Shown here: piece by piece, positions 10,239 to 23,900 of the stretch
Position numbering within the stretch: the stretch's first letter is position 1
Layout: each line of letters opens with the position of its first letter
Source: Amphiscolops sp. MND2022
Taxonomy: Eukaryota
DNA: 64,000 nt
Direction of reading: 5' to 3'
NCBI GenBank assembly: GCA_964187785.1
Contig: OZ076409.1
Location: 43,030,001-43,094,000, forward strand
Position numbers and translations under genes: made by a program
Notes under the pieces: generated by a model
Told to the model about the DNA's origin: nothing
The model's database searches: none
What the model saw: only the letters and a program-made list of their open reading frames with translations

Positions 10239-13182
10239 TATTCACGAATTCGGCTAGTTGCACATTCTTCCAATTGAACAGTCGGCCAGTTGCACGGTAC
10301 CCGAAAAAGAGATCAGTGGCGTCGCAGTACATGGCTATTACAGCACCAATTAATTGGTAATCTGAAATCAGTTAATTGTAATTGTGAAATGACTGAAATC
10401 AAATAATTGATTTCAATTAATTGCAATGTAATTGGAAGCAATCAATTTTTGACAGCCCCTGCTTCAGCCTTATTCAAGCTCAAAAGATGTTGGAGAATTC
10501 CATTACAGACTGCTTTACAATTACAATAAAGTGGTTCAGATAATTTGCTCTTTTTTGAGCTTATCACCTCAATTTACTAGTTCAGGTAGCACGAAGCAAA
10601 GGGATTTTCTCTGCTGGCATTAATAGCAAGTCGGTTCTTTGGGTTAACTATGTGACGCTCAAAGTAAAGTAAGAAATTCGCGATACATTTGAGAATAAAG
10701 ATGCAACTTGGATAGCTATCTAAGTTCCATCTTTATTCCAGAATGTATCGCGAGTTTTTTAGATATTAACTGTTCCCTGAAGCAACTGTAATAGGTCAAA
10801 ATTACGGATTTTGGAATGATTTCCTAAAACACTTGCAGCCATTTGAATTTAAAACAAATTGGTGTCTTAGGAAAGCAAATTGTAGAATTATGCTGCTCTA
10901 GCAGCCTACAGAACTGCAGTAGTTATGTTGGTTTCGTAGAAATAAGGATCCTCGATGGATTATGAGATAAAAATTTGTAAAATTGTTCAAAACTGTTTCG
11001 TCGGAGTAGTCTTAAAGTTTGGAATTCGTGGATGGAGCAATTATTGTTACCTCAATTGATCTCAGGAAGATGCAGATGTGAACAGGGATATCAAAAATAT
11101 AAGGACGATTAAATTGTAATGAATACCACTTCGTTGCAATTTTTGGATGTAAAAACACTACTATTGCAATAAATACAGTTAGTGTAAACAATAAAGTAAT
11201 CCCAAAACAAAACGACAGGCCTTTTTTCATTTAGTGTTTGGGACGTCTGTGGTTGTCCATAGTTCTCTGTCAGACCGAAGAAACATGACATTTTCGATGT
11301 TAATGGGTAAAAGTCTTTTTCTGTTTAAAGTGAAAAGTTTGGGTGTGACACGTGATACAATTTTAAGGTGCTAAATTTAGCTTGAAAGGTTTCGGTTAGG
11401 AGGTCAATGACTTCATATCAAAGTTGTGCGTTTGTGAGCTAAACGGTTCAAAGAAACACTTGGTGTAACGTTACCCTATTGTAGACCGCAATATCACAGG
11501 TTGAAGTCTGAAAAATTTGAAGTAACTGAAAGTGACGTGGACCGCGAGTCCCCAAAATTGAACAAAGCTGAGCAACAGAAGCGCGTTTAGACACCGTGAA
11601 AACAAGAAAGATCGGTAGAAGACTGCCAACAGAAAGACTCAATTAGCGAGTGTTAATAACGCTGAAACTGAATGAAGATTGCCATTAGCGTTTCTTTTAG
11701 CGTGTTGCTACCTTTGGTAATGAACTCCTAATTAAGAGTCTTCTGGCCTAATTCCTGTGTACGATGATTGTGACCCTTTTCTTGTTGTTGAACATTATGT
11801 ACCAATAATGTTGTATTTTAATGTATTTATCTGATGTCTTTGCGCGTGAGCTAGTAGTCTTTGTTACCTTGCTCTCATGCCTGCAAATGAGACATTCATT
11901 GGTTATTACCAACACCCGCTTTCAAAGGCTGATCAGGCGGTGGTCCTGGGAGAGTAAAAGCAAGATAACCGGTATTTTCAGCAGTTATATACTGGGATAG
12001 GTCAGCAAGTACTCCTAAGAAGCGGAACTTCCTCCCTTCGGTCGGTCCCTTGCAAATACCCATTCCACAGGCTCCTCCACCTCCATTTCCGTGAGAAGCG
12101 ACGGTAACTGCTTGCTGTTATATGAAATGGCTGTAAAATCAATATCAGACATGTCTGACAAGTTTTAGTTTAAGGATTCAGAGCTATGTCTGGCATCTGA
12201 AGTTTTTGTTTTTGTTACTAGTTGAATCGTGACATTATTATTGCAGCTACAGTTTCTAACGAAAAAAAAACGTAACAATGATTAACCTTAATTCAGTTGT
12301 TCAGACAAGTCATGATAATTTTTTAACTTCCTTTATTTGAGGAAATAGAAGGTATCATATTGACACTGCAATTGTCTCGGCTGATAGATCCCTTACTTTT
12401 GGAGAGAAAATTTTTGATGGGTCGTAATTAAGTTGTTGATGGAGTTCGGAATTTGAAAATTTCTTGATACTTTTTTTTGTGAGACGAGACGTCCATCAAT
12501 CATGTAGTTTCCGAGATAAGAGTCTAGGCTTGTCTTGTAATCAAAAAATTTAAGTGGAATCCCCAATTTATAATTCAAAAATTTAGAATTTAAAAATTGA
12601 AGCAACGAATGAAGTATGTCTTTGTCTATACTTCACCACGATTTTTTCAACAGATGCAGAGTCACAAGCAAGTTAATTTCCCGATTCTCGGCTCTTGCTG
12701 ACATTTTAAAGAGTGTACTTTAGTTGACAAATTCGCAGAACGTCAAAAATGTTGAGCAGTTTTTCTGATTAGAAAGAACCAGCAGCCGCTCTGATTACGG
12801 CGAACGGCTCTGGTCATATGTTGTAACTGAAAAAGACGACTACCTGAATTTTTTGATCAATTCTTTTTGATTAAGAACTATTTCCGGAAAAATAACAAAT
12901 TTGTAAGTTGAACGCTAGTCGAAAACGTCCATTTTTGAAGCGTACCTGTTTTTTTTTGCTCAGTTATGCTCCTCAAATAGCCATCTTTTGCTTCACCAAA
13001 TTAACAGACAGTTACAAAGGCTCTAAATTGTATAAATTAACTGTTTGGGTCAAATAAAATATAATTTCGTATAAATAAAATATAATTTTCTCTGAAGTGT
13101 TTTCATTACCAGTAAAAACTTGATGATGTCGGTTTTTGGTCATTTTTGTTCTATGTTTCGTGTATAGAGTGAAAAATGATTG

Positions 13183-15465
13183 TTGAAAAAATTAGAAGCC
13201 TTTTAGGTGAGATAAAGTTTGGACCCTTTAGCTCAGTGCCCAGGTTGACCAAACATACTTACCATGCTATGATCATAGTATGATCATACTATGATCATGG
13301 TCATTCCATGATCATGATCATGCCAAGACCGTACCATGGCGACCATGTTTCATAGTATGACCATACTATGATCATCATGTTTCATAGTATGATCCATCAT
13401 GTTTCATAGTATGAACATAGCATGATCATAGTATGAGAAACGATGAATTCTAGATTGAAAGTCGAGATGTCGGACATGGTAACCTCCTGTAAACAAAGTT
13501 CACAAATTGGATACCGGGTCCTTATGCTGTATTTTTAAGGAGGCACTCAGCTCGTGAGATACATAGTATCCCACTTGACGAGACCCACGACGAGAACGTG
13601 GCCTCCGTTGGGTCTCAAAAATCTAAAACTTGGGCAAAACAGCAACAAAATTATGGAAATCAGCTACTGAAAGAGGAATTAGATCTAAAACCTGGGTCAA
13701 TTCGATCTAAAAATCATCAGAACCTCTGGAAAGACAGCGAAGAATATCTAAATTATGCATAATTTTATCTCTAAATCGAGAATAATAACTGAAACTTGGG
13801 CAAAATAGCTACAAAATAATGGAAAATCAACAACTGAAAATGGAATCAGATCTAAAACCTGGATCAATTTGATCTAAAAACAAAAACTCTGGGAAGACAG
13901 CGAAGAGTATATAAATTATGCATAATTTAGTCTCTAAATTGGGAATAATATCTAAAACTTGGACAAAAATAGCTGCTAAATTATGGATATCATGCCGAAA
14001 AGCGTCCTTAATGCTACCCGGGTCATTAAGGTAACCCTAGATCTTCCAAAACCGAGGAAGAAGCCAATTAGACACTTTTTGATGTGTTTCAAATTTCAAA
14101 TTTTTCCGCTAGGGGGACTTCGAATTTTTGAAAATTTTCAAACATGGTCACTCATACTATGACCATAATCGTTGCCATGCTAGTCATAATATGGCCATAC
14201 TATGACCATATTATGATGATCATTTTCCACCATGATCATACTATGACATAGTATGATGCGCCATTTCCGAGTATGGGGGTCAACCCGGGTGTTGAATGTT
14301 AGTTGAAAGATATAGTTTTTGGAGGTCTTCAAACAGTCTCTTTCTGTGATCTTGCAAATATGGAACTTTAAAAGGCCTGCGTAGTACCTTTTGTGACGAA
14401 TGACTGCTTGGAAAATTCGGTCACATTTTTTTGCTGAAACAACCTCCAAAAAGTTGTACTTAGAGGGTTTTCGAGCCGAACCTCTGATTTTGTTTTCCTC
14501 GAACCTGATAGCCTAATTTTAGGCAGTTATCATGCATAGTGATTCTACGCGCATCTACAAAAGCAGAAGAGATTCATGCGATTAAAACTTGATCACATAG
14601 TTTTCTAACGAAATGAGTCCAAAATTGTGCTTTGAACGGGCTCTTCTCCCGCGTAACGCGAGTGGTATTTCAAAATTGACATGTCAGTTACCTTTCCGCC
14701 TATGAAACGATCCACACTCTTCCAACAAGATAGTTTCTTCGCAGTATGTTGTCAGAACAGATTTTTTCATTTGTAAATTTCTCATTTTGTAGCTCATAGT
14801 TCGAAGAATGATCATGAGAAAATATGATATCAAAACAGTGAAAACGCTGAAAGTACTTGAGCACTCGCGAATTCACTTGGCATAATATGTGCACACGTAT
14901 GAGCGAAGAATTTATGTGGTAGGTGATAACGTCCAAATTTGCTGGACTTTTTTGCAATTTTTGGAACTTCAATGGAAAAATTTAGTGATAGTCCCCAACG
15001 TTGGCTCTGCATACTAATACCGCTACCTAAAATTTGGAATCAGCTCTTCCAATGACAATCGATGTTTTAGTTGGGATTGCGACAACTCATATTAAGCGAC
15101 AACTCATGTCAGGTTTGTTTATAGGTTACAAATACCTAAATCATACTTCAAAACCAGTTAAGAATTAGCTGCTAAAAGAAATTCTAAAGTTTACTTGGAA
15201 TTAGTTCGCATTTTATGGGTGCCAGGACATTTCATCCAATGTATTTTCAACCTATCAATTTCAACCGCTCACAATTTTCACCCTTTTGCATTTTTCAACC
15301 GTCCGCAATTTCGACCTATCTAATTTTAGCAATTTCGTTTTAATTCGGTTGATCTATTATTTCAGTACTTTAATTAATATAGAATCAAACAGCCTTAATT
15401 ATTATCATGGTAATTATTCATGACGAAACCAAAACGGGCGTAAAAATTAGCTTAGTTTGTTTTTA
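13183..15465 (+). repeat. Copy 1 of a ~1.23-kb direct duplication, interrupted by a CMC-type MITE
   Basis: Near-identical to 19056-20290 once 13239-14291 is removed. Confidence 0.92.
13239..14289. mobile_element. Non-autonomous CMC/EnSpm(CACTA)-type MITE, 1051 bp
   Basis: TIR CCC(A/G)GGTTGACC; 2-bp TSD TG confirmed by the empty paralogous site (CAGTGTTGAATG at ~19107); subterminal ATGATC/GATCAT arrays; internal ~165-bp tandem units at 13620-13980. Confidence 0.85.
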
Positions 15466-16962
15466 AAAGTTTTCAGCGTTCTGCGCCAGTTTTTCTTTTG
15501 GGTTAGGAATTTCCATCCCGCTGGGGAGGCTTTCTTCTTCATTGGTAGAGTCTGGTTCGATCTTTGATATCATGACGTTGTTGCCCCATCTGTCGGGCTT
15601 TTTCGTTACTCTTGATGAAGTTCGGGATTTCTCCCATTTCACTGTGCCTTGGATTGGCGTGGATTCCAGAATTGACTTTTCGGCACTTTCTATTTGGTCT
15701 TCACTGCTTTTGGGTTGTTCCTCTTGATCCATGTGCATCAGAAGTTCTTCGTTGTCCTGTTCTTCCTTCACGGGCAGAATTGTCTTCTTTTCTTCTTTCT
15801 CATGTTGTGGTGATTTGTTTTCTTCCACTTGTTTTTGGGGGCTTGTTCCCATCTCTTGACCTATTGCTGTTTTTAGCTTCTTAGCCACTTTGCTCGATTT
15901 TGTCTCTTTTGCCTCGCTTGCCTCTCTTTTACCTTTTGTCATCTTGCTCGCATTTGCCTTCTTGCTTGGACTTGCCAGCTTACTTCCTGCTGCCACATCT
16001 CTTTTTGAGTAGATCACTTGATGGCCTGTTTTAGGTAGAACAGTGATGGCGTGGCTTGACTCTCCCACAATCTTTCCCTTTACCTTTTTGAAGGCGCCTT
16101 CTAGCTTGGTCCCTCTGACTCTCTCCCTGACCAAGATGGTTGGGTCTGCCTCTTCACTAAAATCTTCGGGTTCTATCTCGATTTGTGGGTCTTGTTCTAA
16201 AATACATTTTTCTATCATTCGTGATTTTTCCGTATTGGGTTTTCTTCCGTTTTGTTTTTCAAATGCAGATTTACCGTCTGAGCCTTTTTCTGATCTTAAT
16301 GCGAACAAGATATTTGAAATGCCGTTTTTGTCTTTTGAGATTAATATTTTGGTGTTCGTTCTCAGCCTTTCGTTTATTGTTCTGATCATTCGTTCTACTT
16401 TTCCGTACCCCCGGTGGTCTTTTACCGGGCAAATGACGTGTTCTATCAGTTTTTCTTTACAAAATGTTTTGAACTTTTCGCTTTTGAATGCGGTTCCAGG
16501 GTCTGTCCTGATTCTTTTTGGTATACCGTTTTTTGATATATACTCTACTAAAAATTCGATAACCTTATCCGCCGTGGGGTTCGGTAAAAATAGCGCATCC
16601 GGCCATCCCGAGTGATTGTCAACTGATACGAGTAAGTATTTTTTCTTTAAATTGGCGTTTTGGAAGGGGCCGGCAAAATCAAGAGAAACTTCCTCATTCG
16701 GCTGATTTGTTTGTGGTAACTTTCCAAATTCTTTTTGGAATTTTATACATTTGAAGTTCTTACCTGCTGCTCGGCATTCGCTACAATTTCTCGCCTTGTC
16801 GATAATTTCTCTATGAATGCGAGGCCACCAGACGTCTGAGGCCTTCTTCAGAATTGCATCACGTCCTGCGTGGCCAAAATGTATGGCTCGGAGCATATTC
16901 TCCCGCACGTCTTTGGGGATAACGAGGCGGTGGTCCATATATAAGAGATCGTTCGAATCCAC
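15463..16962 (-). pseudogene. Integrase remnant ORF (499 aa) with a K/E-rich C-terminal tail
   Basis: HHCC and DDE motifs (SLDFAGP, RTDPGTAF, KVERMIRT). Confidence 0.85.
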
Positions 16963-18116
16963 AGAAAAGGAATTAAATTTTTTCCTTCACGGTGGAGGTA
17001 ATCGAGCAATTACGGCCGTGTTTTTGTTTAGGACGAGATTGATTACCTTTTGAATTGTCCGATCGTTCTCAGCATGCATTTGCTTTTACGTAAACGGAGC
17101 TAATTTTCGATTTTGTCAAATCTTTGGCTTCTGCCATTTCAATTAGTTGTTTGTCAACTACTTTCTTTCTTCCAACTTCGCTGTCTATTTGCATAGGCGC
17201 TTGGATCGACAAAACTTTGTTTGTTCGCGCTTGCTGAACTTTCTTACTTTTCTGCGATTTGATTGGATTACGCCAATCTGCCAATCGCTTCATTTCTGGC
17301 GTAATCTTTCTGACTACATTCACTGTAAACCAATTGTTGGATAGTTCTTCCGCTTTTGCTACCGATCCTTCGTATTCTGACGGATGCCTTGACAGGTAAT
17401 CCACCATTCCCAGCGTTCTTCCCGGGGTATGTACAATTGAAAATTCGAAGGGTAAAAGCCTATCCATCCGTCTAGTTAGCCTACTAGAAAATGTTTTATT
17501 ACTTTTGTTCGAGTTTAACACACTTTGCAAAGCTTTATGATCTGACACTATTCCGAATGCAACTCTGTACACGTAATTTTTAAAATGTTCTATTGACCAT
17601 ACTACTGCCAATAGTTCTAACTCATTAATTGATTGTTTACACTCTAATTCGGTTAAAAATCTAGACGCATAAGCTATTGGTTTCCATTTGTTTTCCTCAC
17701 ATTGCTGTAAAACAGCTCCCAAGCCTTGTTTGCTCGCATCGCATATAATTCTAAGCGGTTTTATTTCTTTTGAAATGTGTTATCTCGGCCTTTTTTCACT
17801 TCATCGTTTACTCTCTTAAACGCTTTTTCATGTTTTTCATTCCATTTCCATATCGCATCTTTCTTTAATATGGATCTAAATGGAAAGCAAATTGCCGCCA
17901 GATTGGGAATAAATTTATTAAATTGATTTACTGCACCAAGGAATGACCGTAAATCTTTCAAATTCGTTGGTCGTAATTTTTCTGTAATTCCTTGTACTCT
18001 TGAATTTACCGGCGAAATTCCGTGGCTTGTCAATTTAAACCCCAACTACTCAATTTCTTGTTTTGCCTCATTACACTTTTCTGCCTTTAGCTGTAATTTT
18101 GCCGCGTCCAACGTTT

Positions 18117-18848
18117 TTAAAATTTCCCGCACTTTCTTGAGTTGTTCCTACTGGTTGCGCAAATAGGTTCTTCTTTTACTTTGAGCTCCTGATTAATGTA
18201 CCCATAGGTTTTTTGGCGTTTTAGCCCGTCCTCAAAGGCTATACCAAATTGTAGGGCTTCAGCTGGCGTTTCTTTAGGTTCTGTGCAAAGCTTTTCTTGC
18301 ACTTGTTTGTTTGCCATATTTAAGACGAATATGTCGTGAACTAGGCTTTCTGTTTGGTCACCGAAATTGCACCTTACCGCAAGTCCATTTAATGCATTCC
18401 AGAATTGATTTAGCGTTTCCGACGGTTTCTGTTTTCTCGAAAGGAACGTGTGTCGGTCTAATGTCCGGTTACGTCGAACTTGGAAGCATTCTGTGCAATT
18501 TTGCATGAGTTCCCGAAGTTCGATCAATAGAATGTTTATTCGCGGGAACTTGTCTGTCAGCATTTTTCTTGCATTTTTACCAATTGAAATGTAGAGTAAA
18601 CTTACGACTTTCCTTTTTGCAGGGATTTCTTCTAAATTCCCCATCAGAGCCGCCGCACGTGGATTCTGTTGGTCAGCCTCCCTTAGCACTTCGGACACTG
18701 AGATTGAGTGTCTTGCCAATGTTGCGACTTCGAACAATTGAATCCATTGCTCCCAGTCGTATCCAGGGGGCTTTTCAGCATCCTGCCAGAAGTAATTCAG
18801 TCCTGGTAGCGGGGAGTTTGAGTGATCTTTGTCAGCGCGCAGCGCCAT
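18117..18848 (-). pseudogene. gag: Mag-type gag, truncated at the zinc knuckle
   Basis: WEQWIQLF...FLSRKQKPSETL...CNFG...DIFVLNM pattern; it joins directly to post-YxDD RT sequence. Confidence 0.8.
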
Positions 18849-19055
18849 GTTATAGTCTAGCTGAACTGGCTAAGGAACTAGTTAGAAGAAAGAAGATGAA
18901 GTGTGAGAAACTGTATTGTATGGCGTAACTGTCTGTATTGGCAGATTGTTTTCTTTTGCCACTTTTGCTATTTTTGACAGGTTGTTAATAAATAGTGTAA
19001 TTTATTATTTTCACACTCTTGTTTCATCAAGCTGTACAACAAATGCTCTACCACA
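18848..19055 (-). repeat. 5' LTR (208 bp, TG...CA) followed by a tRNA-Ser-like PBS
   Basis: Minus strand TGTGGTAG...CTATAACA, immediately followed by TGGCGCTGCG (18838-18847), which resembles Ser-tRNA primer sites. Its outer end coincides with the edge of the duplicated flank. Confidence 0.75.
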
Positions 19056-20290
19056 TTGAAAAAATTAGAAGCCTTTTAGGTGAGATAAAGTTTGGACCCT
19101 TTAGTTCAGTGTTGAATGTTAGTTGAAAGATATAGTTTTTCGAGGTCTTCAAACAGTCTCTTTCTGTGATTTTGCAAATATGGAACTTTAAAAGGCCTGC
19201 GTAGTACCTTTTGTGACGAATGACTGCTTGGAAAATTCGGTCACATTTTTTTGCTGAAACAACCTCCAAAAAGTTGTACTTAGAGGGTTTTCGAGCCGAA
19301 CCTCTGATTTTGTTTTCCTCGAACCTGATAGCCTAGTTTTAGGCATTTATCATGCATAGTGATTCTACGCGCATCTACAAAAGCAGATATTGTGAGATTC
19401 ATGTGATTAAAACTTGATAACATAGTTTTCTAACGAAATGAGTCCAAGATTGTGCTTTGAACGGGCTCTTTTCACGCGTAACGCGAGTGGTATTTCAAAA
19501 TTGACATGTCAGTTTCCTTTCCGCCTATGAAATGATCCACACTCTTCCAACAAGATAGTTTCTTCGCAGTATGTTGTCAGAACAGAATTTTTCATTTGTA
19601 AATTTCTCATTTTGTAGCTCATAATTCGAAGAATGATTATGAGAAAATATGATATCAAAACAGTGAAAACGCTGAAAGTACTTGATCACTCGCGAATTCA
19701 CTTGGCATAATATGTGCACAGGTATGAGCGAAGAATTTATGTGGTAGGTGATAACGTCCAAATTTGCTGGACTTTTTTGCAATTTTTGGAACTTCAATGG
19801 AAAAATTTAGTGATAGTCCCCAACGTTGGCTCTGCATACTAATACCGCTACCTAAAATTTGGAATCAGCTCTTCCAATGACAATCGATGTTTTAGTTGGG
19901 ATTGCGACAACTCATATTAAGCGACAACTCATGTCAGATTTGTTTATAGGTTACAAATACCTAAATCATACTTCAAAAAGTAAACAATTAGCTGCTAAAA
20001 GAAATTCTAAAGTTTACTTGGAATTAGTTCGCATTTTATGGGTGCCAGGACATTTCATTCAATGTAATTTGAACCTATCAATTTCAATCGCTCACAATTT
20101 CCACCCTTTTGCATTTTTCAACCGTCCGCAATTTCGACCTATCTGATTTTGGCAATTTCGTTTTAATTCGGTTGATCTATTATTTCAGTACATTAATTAC
20201 TATAGAATCAAACAGCCTCAATTATTATCATGGTAATTATTCATGAAGAAACCAAAACGGGCGTAAAAATTAGCTTATTTGATTTTAGAA
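19056..20290 (+). repeat. Copy 2 of the ~1.23-kb duplication (contains the empty MITE site)
   Basis: Direct sequence match to 13183-13238 plus 14292-15465. Confidence 0.92.
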
Positions 20291-20475
20291 ATCTATGAAA
20301 GTTGAAACCACCAAAATAATTATGTAACTAAATAGGATCCATTAGCCAAAATTAGTTTAGTACGAAATTGTGGAGGCTGAAAATGCAATCAATCGGTTGA
20401 AATTGTGAGCGGTTGAAATGGAAACGGTTGAAATTGCATAGGTTGAAAGTGCATAGGAGGGAATGTCATGTAACC
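20041..20475. mobile_element. MITE with imperfect long TIRs built of TTTCAACC repeats; its left part is duplicated at 15218-15465
   Basis: GGTGCCAGGACATTTC... versus ...GAATGTCATGTAACC, with mirrored TTTCAACC/GGTTGAAA units. No clean TSD. Confidence 0.6.
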
Positions 20476-20929
20476 GCTTATATGCGCTGCGCTATACTCG
20501 AAACTATTTTCTCTGCAAACTTTGAATGAGAGCGTGATGCCACTGCGTTTTACCTTAAAAGCCTCTTGCTTTATAGTAGCTCAATGGGACAACCCAACTC
20601 TGGGGACAAAAACTGGGGACAAGTGATTATGTGTCAGGACTCAAGTTATTTTCAAATTTCGGGGAGAAATGTTTGAACGGAAAACTTTTTTTTGGATATT
20701 TAGGTTGGTAAAGTCAGCATCGTTTTAATATCAGGAGCACGAATATGAATAAAACGGCTGTTATAGTTTTATTCTTCAATAAACTGTTCAGTACCCATGT
20801 GAACAAAGTCAAAACAAGATGAAAAGAAATCAAAAGTTTGGGAAAAAGTAGTTTGTGAGTTCCAAATAATGAGTCATTAACATAGATTTTGTTCCAAAAA
20901 GGTGAACGTTTCTTCCTCTGCGATTCGTT

Positions 20930-23900
20930 TGTAACGGCTGGTTGCCCTTATCCTGCGCTGAGGCTTGACAAGCTTTACGCCGCCCTGATCCATTGCTTAG
21001 TACTGTGGACAGTTACTAAACAAATCCTGGTTTCCGTGTTTTGTAGGACTCTATCCTTTGGCTGGTGGGTCCGAAGTGACTGACCCGTGGAATCTCCTGG
21101 TGATCCCGCATTGCACTAGGGTGGATCCGATGTGATCCATTACAAACTTCCCGCTCTGTATCTTTACGCGATTCGGCTCTCCAACTACGAGAGCAGCTAT
21201 TTGTTCGCTATGACTCTAGCGAAAAGTTGTAAAGATGTGGAAAGTTAATTAGCCTCGCGGTCCTGAGACCCAACGTGACTATAGCTATTCAGTGGAGAAA
21301 ATCTCTATCTTATAATAGTATACATATTGTTTACAATTCTACAGTAAATACAGGCAATTATAAGTTAGTATGAACAAATGACATTTGAAGCATAATAAAC
21401 AAACTAAGTAAACAAGGCTAAGTAAACAAACAATGTGGGTGTTTTGGTATGTTGGTCAGTTGGGCTAGAAAGTATGCTTACACAATGTAAATATCATGAA
21501 TTTCAACATAGTTTCATTTCCTTCAGGGTCATATAAGTAAACCACATTATAATTTGTGCATCAAAATTGGGTTTTCATGGGGTCTGACCTAGGTCATTTT
21601 GGGTGTTAATTGCTCGGAACCCAGAGGAGATACGGGGTTGGGTGTATCGAGTGAAAAGATGAGTTAGCACCTCTAGTACATACACGCCAAGGTTAGGTTC
21701 ACGGTGATTGAACGAGTGCGTTTCAGAAAAGGAGGTTGGCACTTTTTTCCATAGTGTCATTTTTGCTAAATATTGTACATTTCCAACTAACATCTTGACA
21801 AGTTTTCTAAGTGTTTTGAGTTATTAGTTTCATCAGTCACGTTCAAAATTTAGTTTCTGATCTCGCAATTGACTGTTGTCAAAATTGCTGGCCCTGTTTT
21901 TCTCCCGAAAAACACTTTCATAGAACATGGGTGCCAGTTTCACCACCTGGTTTTTTGAGTTTGTCGTCAATCGTCGATGTCTATCCGAGAACTCCAGATT
22001 CAAAGTCACGTTTGCCAGTTGTTTGCTGTGTTCTTTCTCTACTGGAACAATTTTCCAGCCCATAATCCAGTTCGCTGACAAGAAGGTTGTTTTCCGCAGA
22101 TCCACAAAACACAACCAAAGATTTCCAAAAAACTGTTTCCCCCATTTGAAGTCATAGTTTTCCAAAGTATACCAAACTTCATCATCAATGTCCAACATTC
22201 ATTGAATTCAATCAATTGCTTTGCTTTGAACCTTTGAAAGGTATGATACAAAAATGCTTCAGCTCATTTAATTCGACCATAATTACTTCAACATCCAAAT
22301 TGTAGATTTCCATGTAAGTCGAAAGTATCTCCAGCCAGTTCCCCAAGATTAGCTCTGCTACACATTTCATCTTTAACATTGACTGACCGCGGTGGAGATA
22401 TGTCAAGGAGAGTTCGTTCTCTAATCTTTCCATAATTCTGTTTTGGGTCTGTTTTTCTTGAAAGGTAGTCAAATCATCAATCATGAGAATCAGTTGATAG
22501 AGACTTTTCAACATTACTGAAGTTCTTCTCTTTGTGTTCAGTATTCTCTATGCATCCAATGGGAGTGAATTTATGCTTTGAATTCAGTTGCTGGGCTACA
22601 CGTTGCTCTTTGCTTACAGGCAAGTCGTTTTCCGTAGCTAGGTCCGCGTTTTCCCCACTAACTGCAAAGCTGTGGAGTTTCGTTTTCGCTTCTTTTTGTA
22701 GAAAGTCACCGTTCTTCTTCCACAACAAAACTCCAACTTCTTATCATCTCAGTATCTCACAGGCTCCGAATTATCATCAACGACTTCCAATTTACCAAAA
22801 GACCCATACCGAGTTGACATTTTTTTGAACAGTGTAGCCAGCCCATTGCAAGACTCGTTGCTCCAACTTGCTGTTGTTGGAACTTTCAGAGAACACATTC
22901 GCGTTCTTGTCATTGATAATTTGCCTCTGAACTCATGTAGCCAACTTGTGTCATCTTGTAATCCATTCTCGTTCAACTGAGTTCCTTCCATTCTTGTAAC
23001 AAGTTCGAGTTACGTTCAGTCTTCCAAGTTCTTTTCTTCGGTCGATTGCGGTGGCCGTTGCTCAATTGAGTTTTATCAATGCCATTAGCCTGTGCCACTG
23101 CGTCCATTCCAGATTCTCGATTACCAGTCCAATGGTTCCATACATTACTATCATTTGGAATAGTTTCTTCAACAAGGCTCACCTTGGAGTCAACATCAAA
23201 TATCTTTCCAAAGGTTGCATTCATGGTTTGTGATTTACTTTTGGCATTGCCATTAACGGGTTTATCATGCTTCATTGCAACGTGGCATAGCTTTTGATAC
23301 ATGGCACCTTCATTCCAATCTTCTTGCAGTGCAAATTGCTGCTCATGCACAAATCCATAAATTTTGTCCAATTAAAAAAACAATTGTTTCCTTCTTCAAG
23401 GAGTAGACTACAGACATAGAACCTTGTCACTCGGAACAGTTTCCCTTGTAGAGCGTGCTGTTGTGCGTGCTTCTGCACGGTGGTAATGTCTGCACTTTCT
23501 TGTAGCAGTTCAAATTGCACACTCGTTTCTTTCAAAGTTTGCTTGCTAGATGCGAATGGTGAGCTTCTATGGTCTTTCCTTGTTTCCGTCATTGTGTAAT
23601 TCAAGTTCACATCTGTTTGCACTATCGAACAATCACTCACGACAAAATGAATCTCTTCTTCCAAAACTTGTTTGGTATCCACGAGGAGGGTTTCTGAACG
23701 GAAGTCTTACCGACCATTGTCTGCAACAACGAATGTTTCTGACCAGTTCTGTATACATTCCGCTGTGAGTTGCTTCGAGATTCCTATTATTTCAAGATTC
23801 ACTTCTGGTTGTGATGTTACTCCTTGTCTGCATGCTTCGTTATCAGCTCTCGCTTTGTGTTTCCGATCCGCTTGCTCCTCGGCTTCTGTAGGAACAGTTG

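Larger units (their letters stand above)
9510..10461. mobile_element. Non-autonomous hAT-type element (MITE), 952 bp
   Basis: 18-bp TIRs CAGGGGCT(A/G)TCAAAAATT; perfect 8-bp TSD CTTCAGCC at 9502-9509 and 10462-10469; subterminal CAATTAATTG repeats. Confidence 0.9.
15463..19055 (-). mobile_element. Internally deleted Mag-type Ty3/Gypsy element: 5' LTR, PBS, gag, partial RT, RH and INT; no 3' LTR
   Basis: Gag 18117-18848; RT end and RNase H 17069-18110 with frameshifts (DLRSFLG, CDAS, ELELLAVVW); integrase 15463-16962 (HFGHAG, CSEC, RTDPG). Confidence 0.9.

Noticed and set aside
11012..11230. Small membrane-protein gene
   Set aside because: A 72-aa hydrophobic ORF is expected by chance in AT-rich DNA, and there is no other support.
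13183..20290. 1.23-kb direct repeats as the LTRs of the Mag element
   Set aside because: A short TG...CA LTR with a PBS lies inside them, and the repeat ends in the middle of a MITE.
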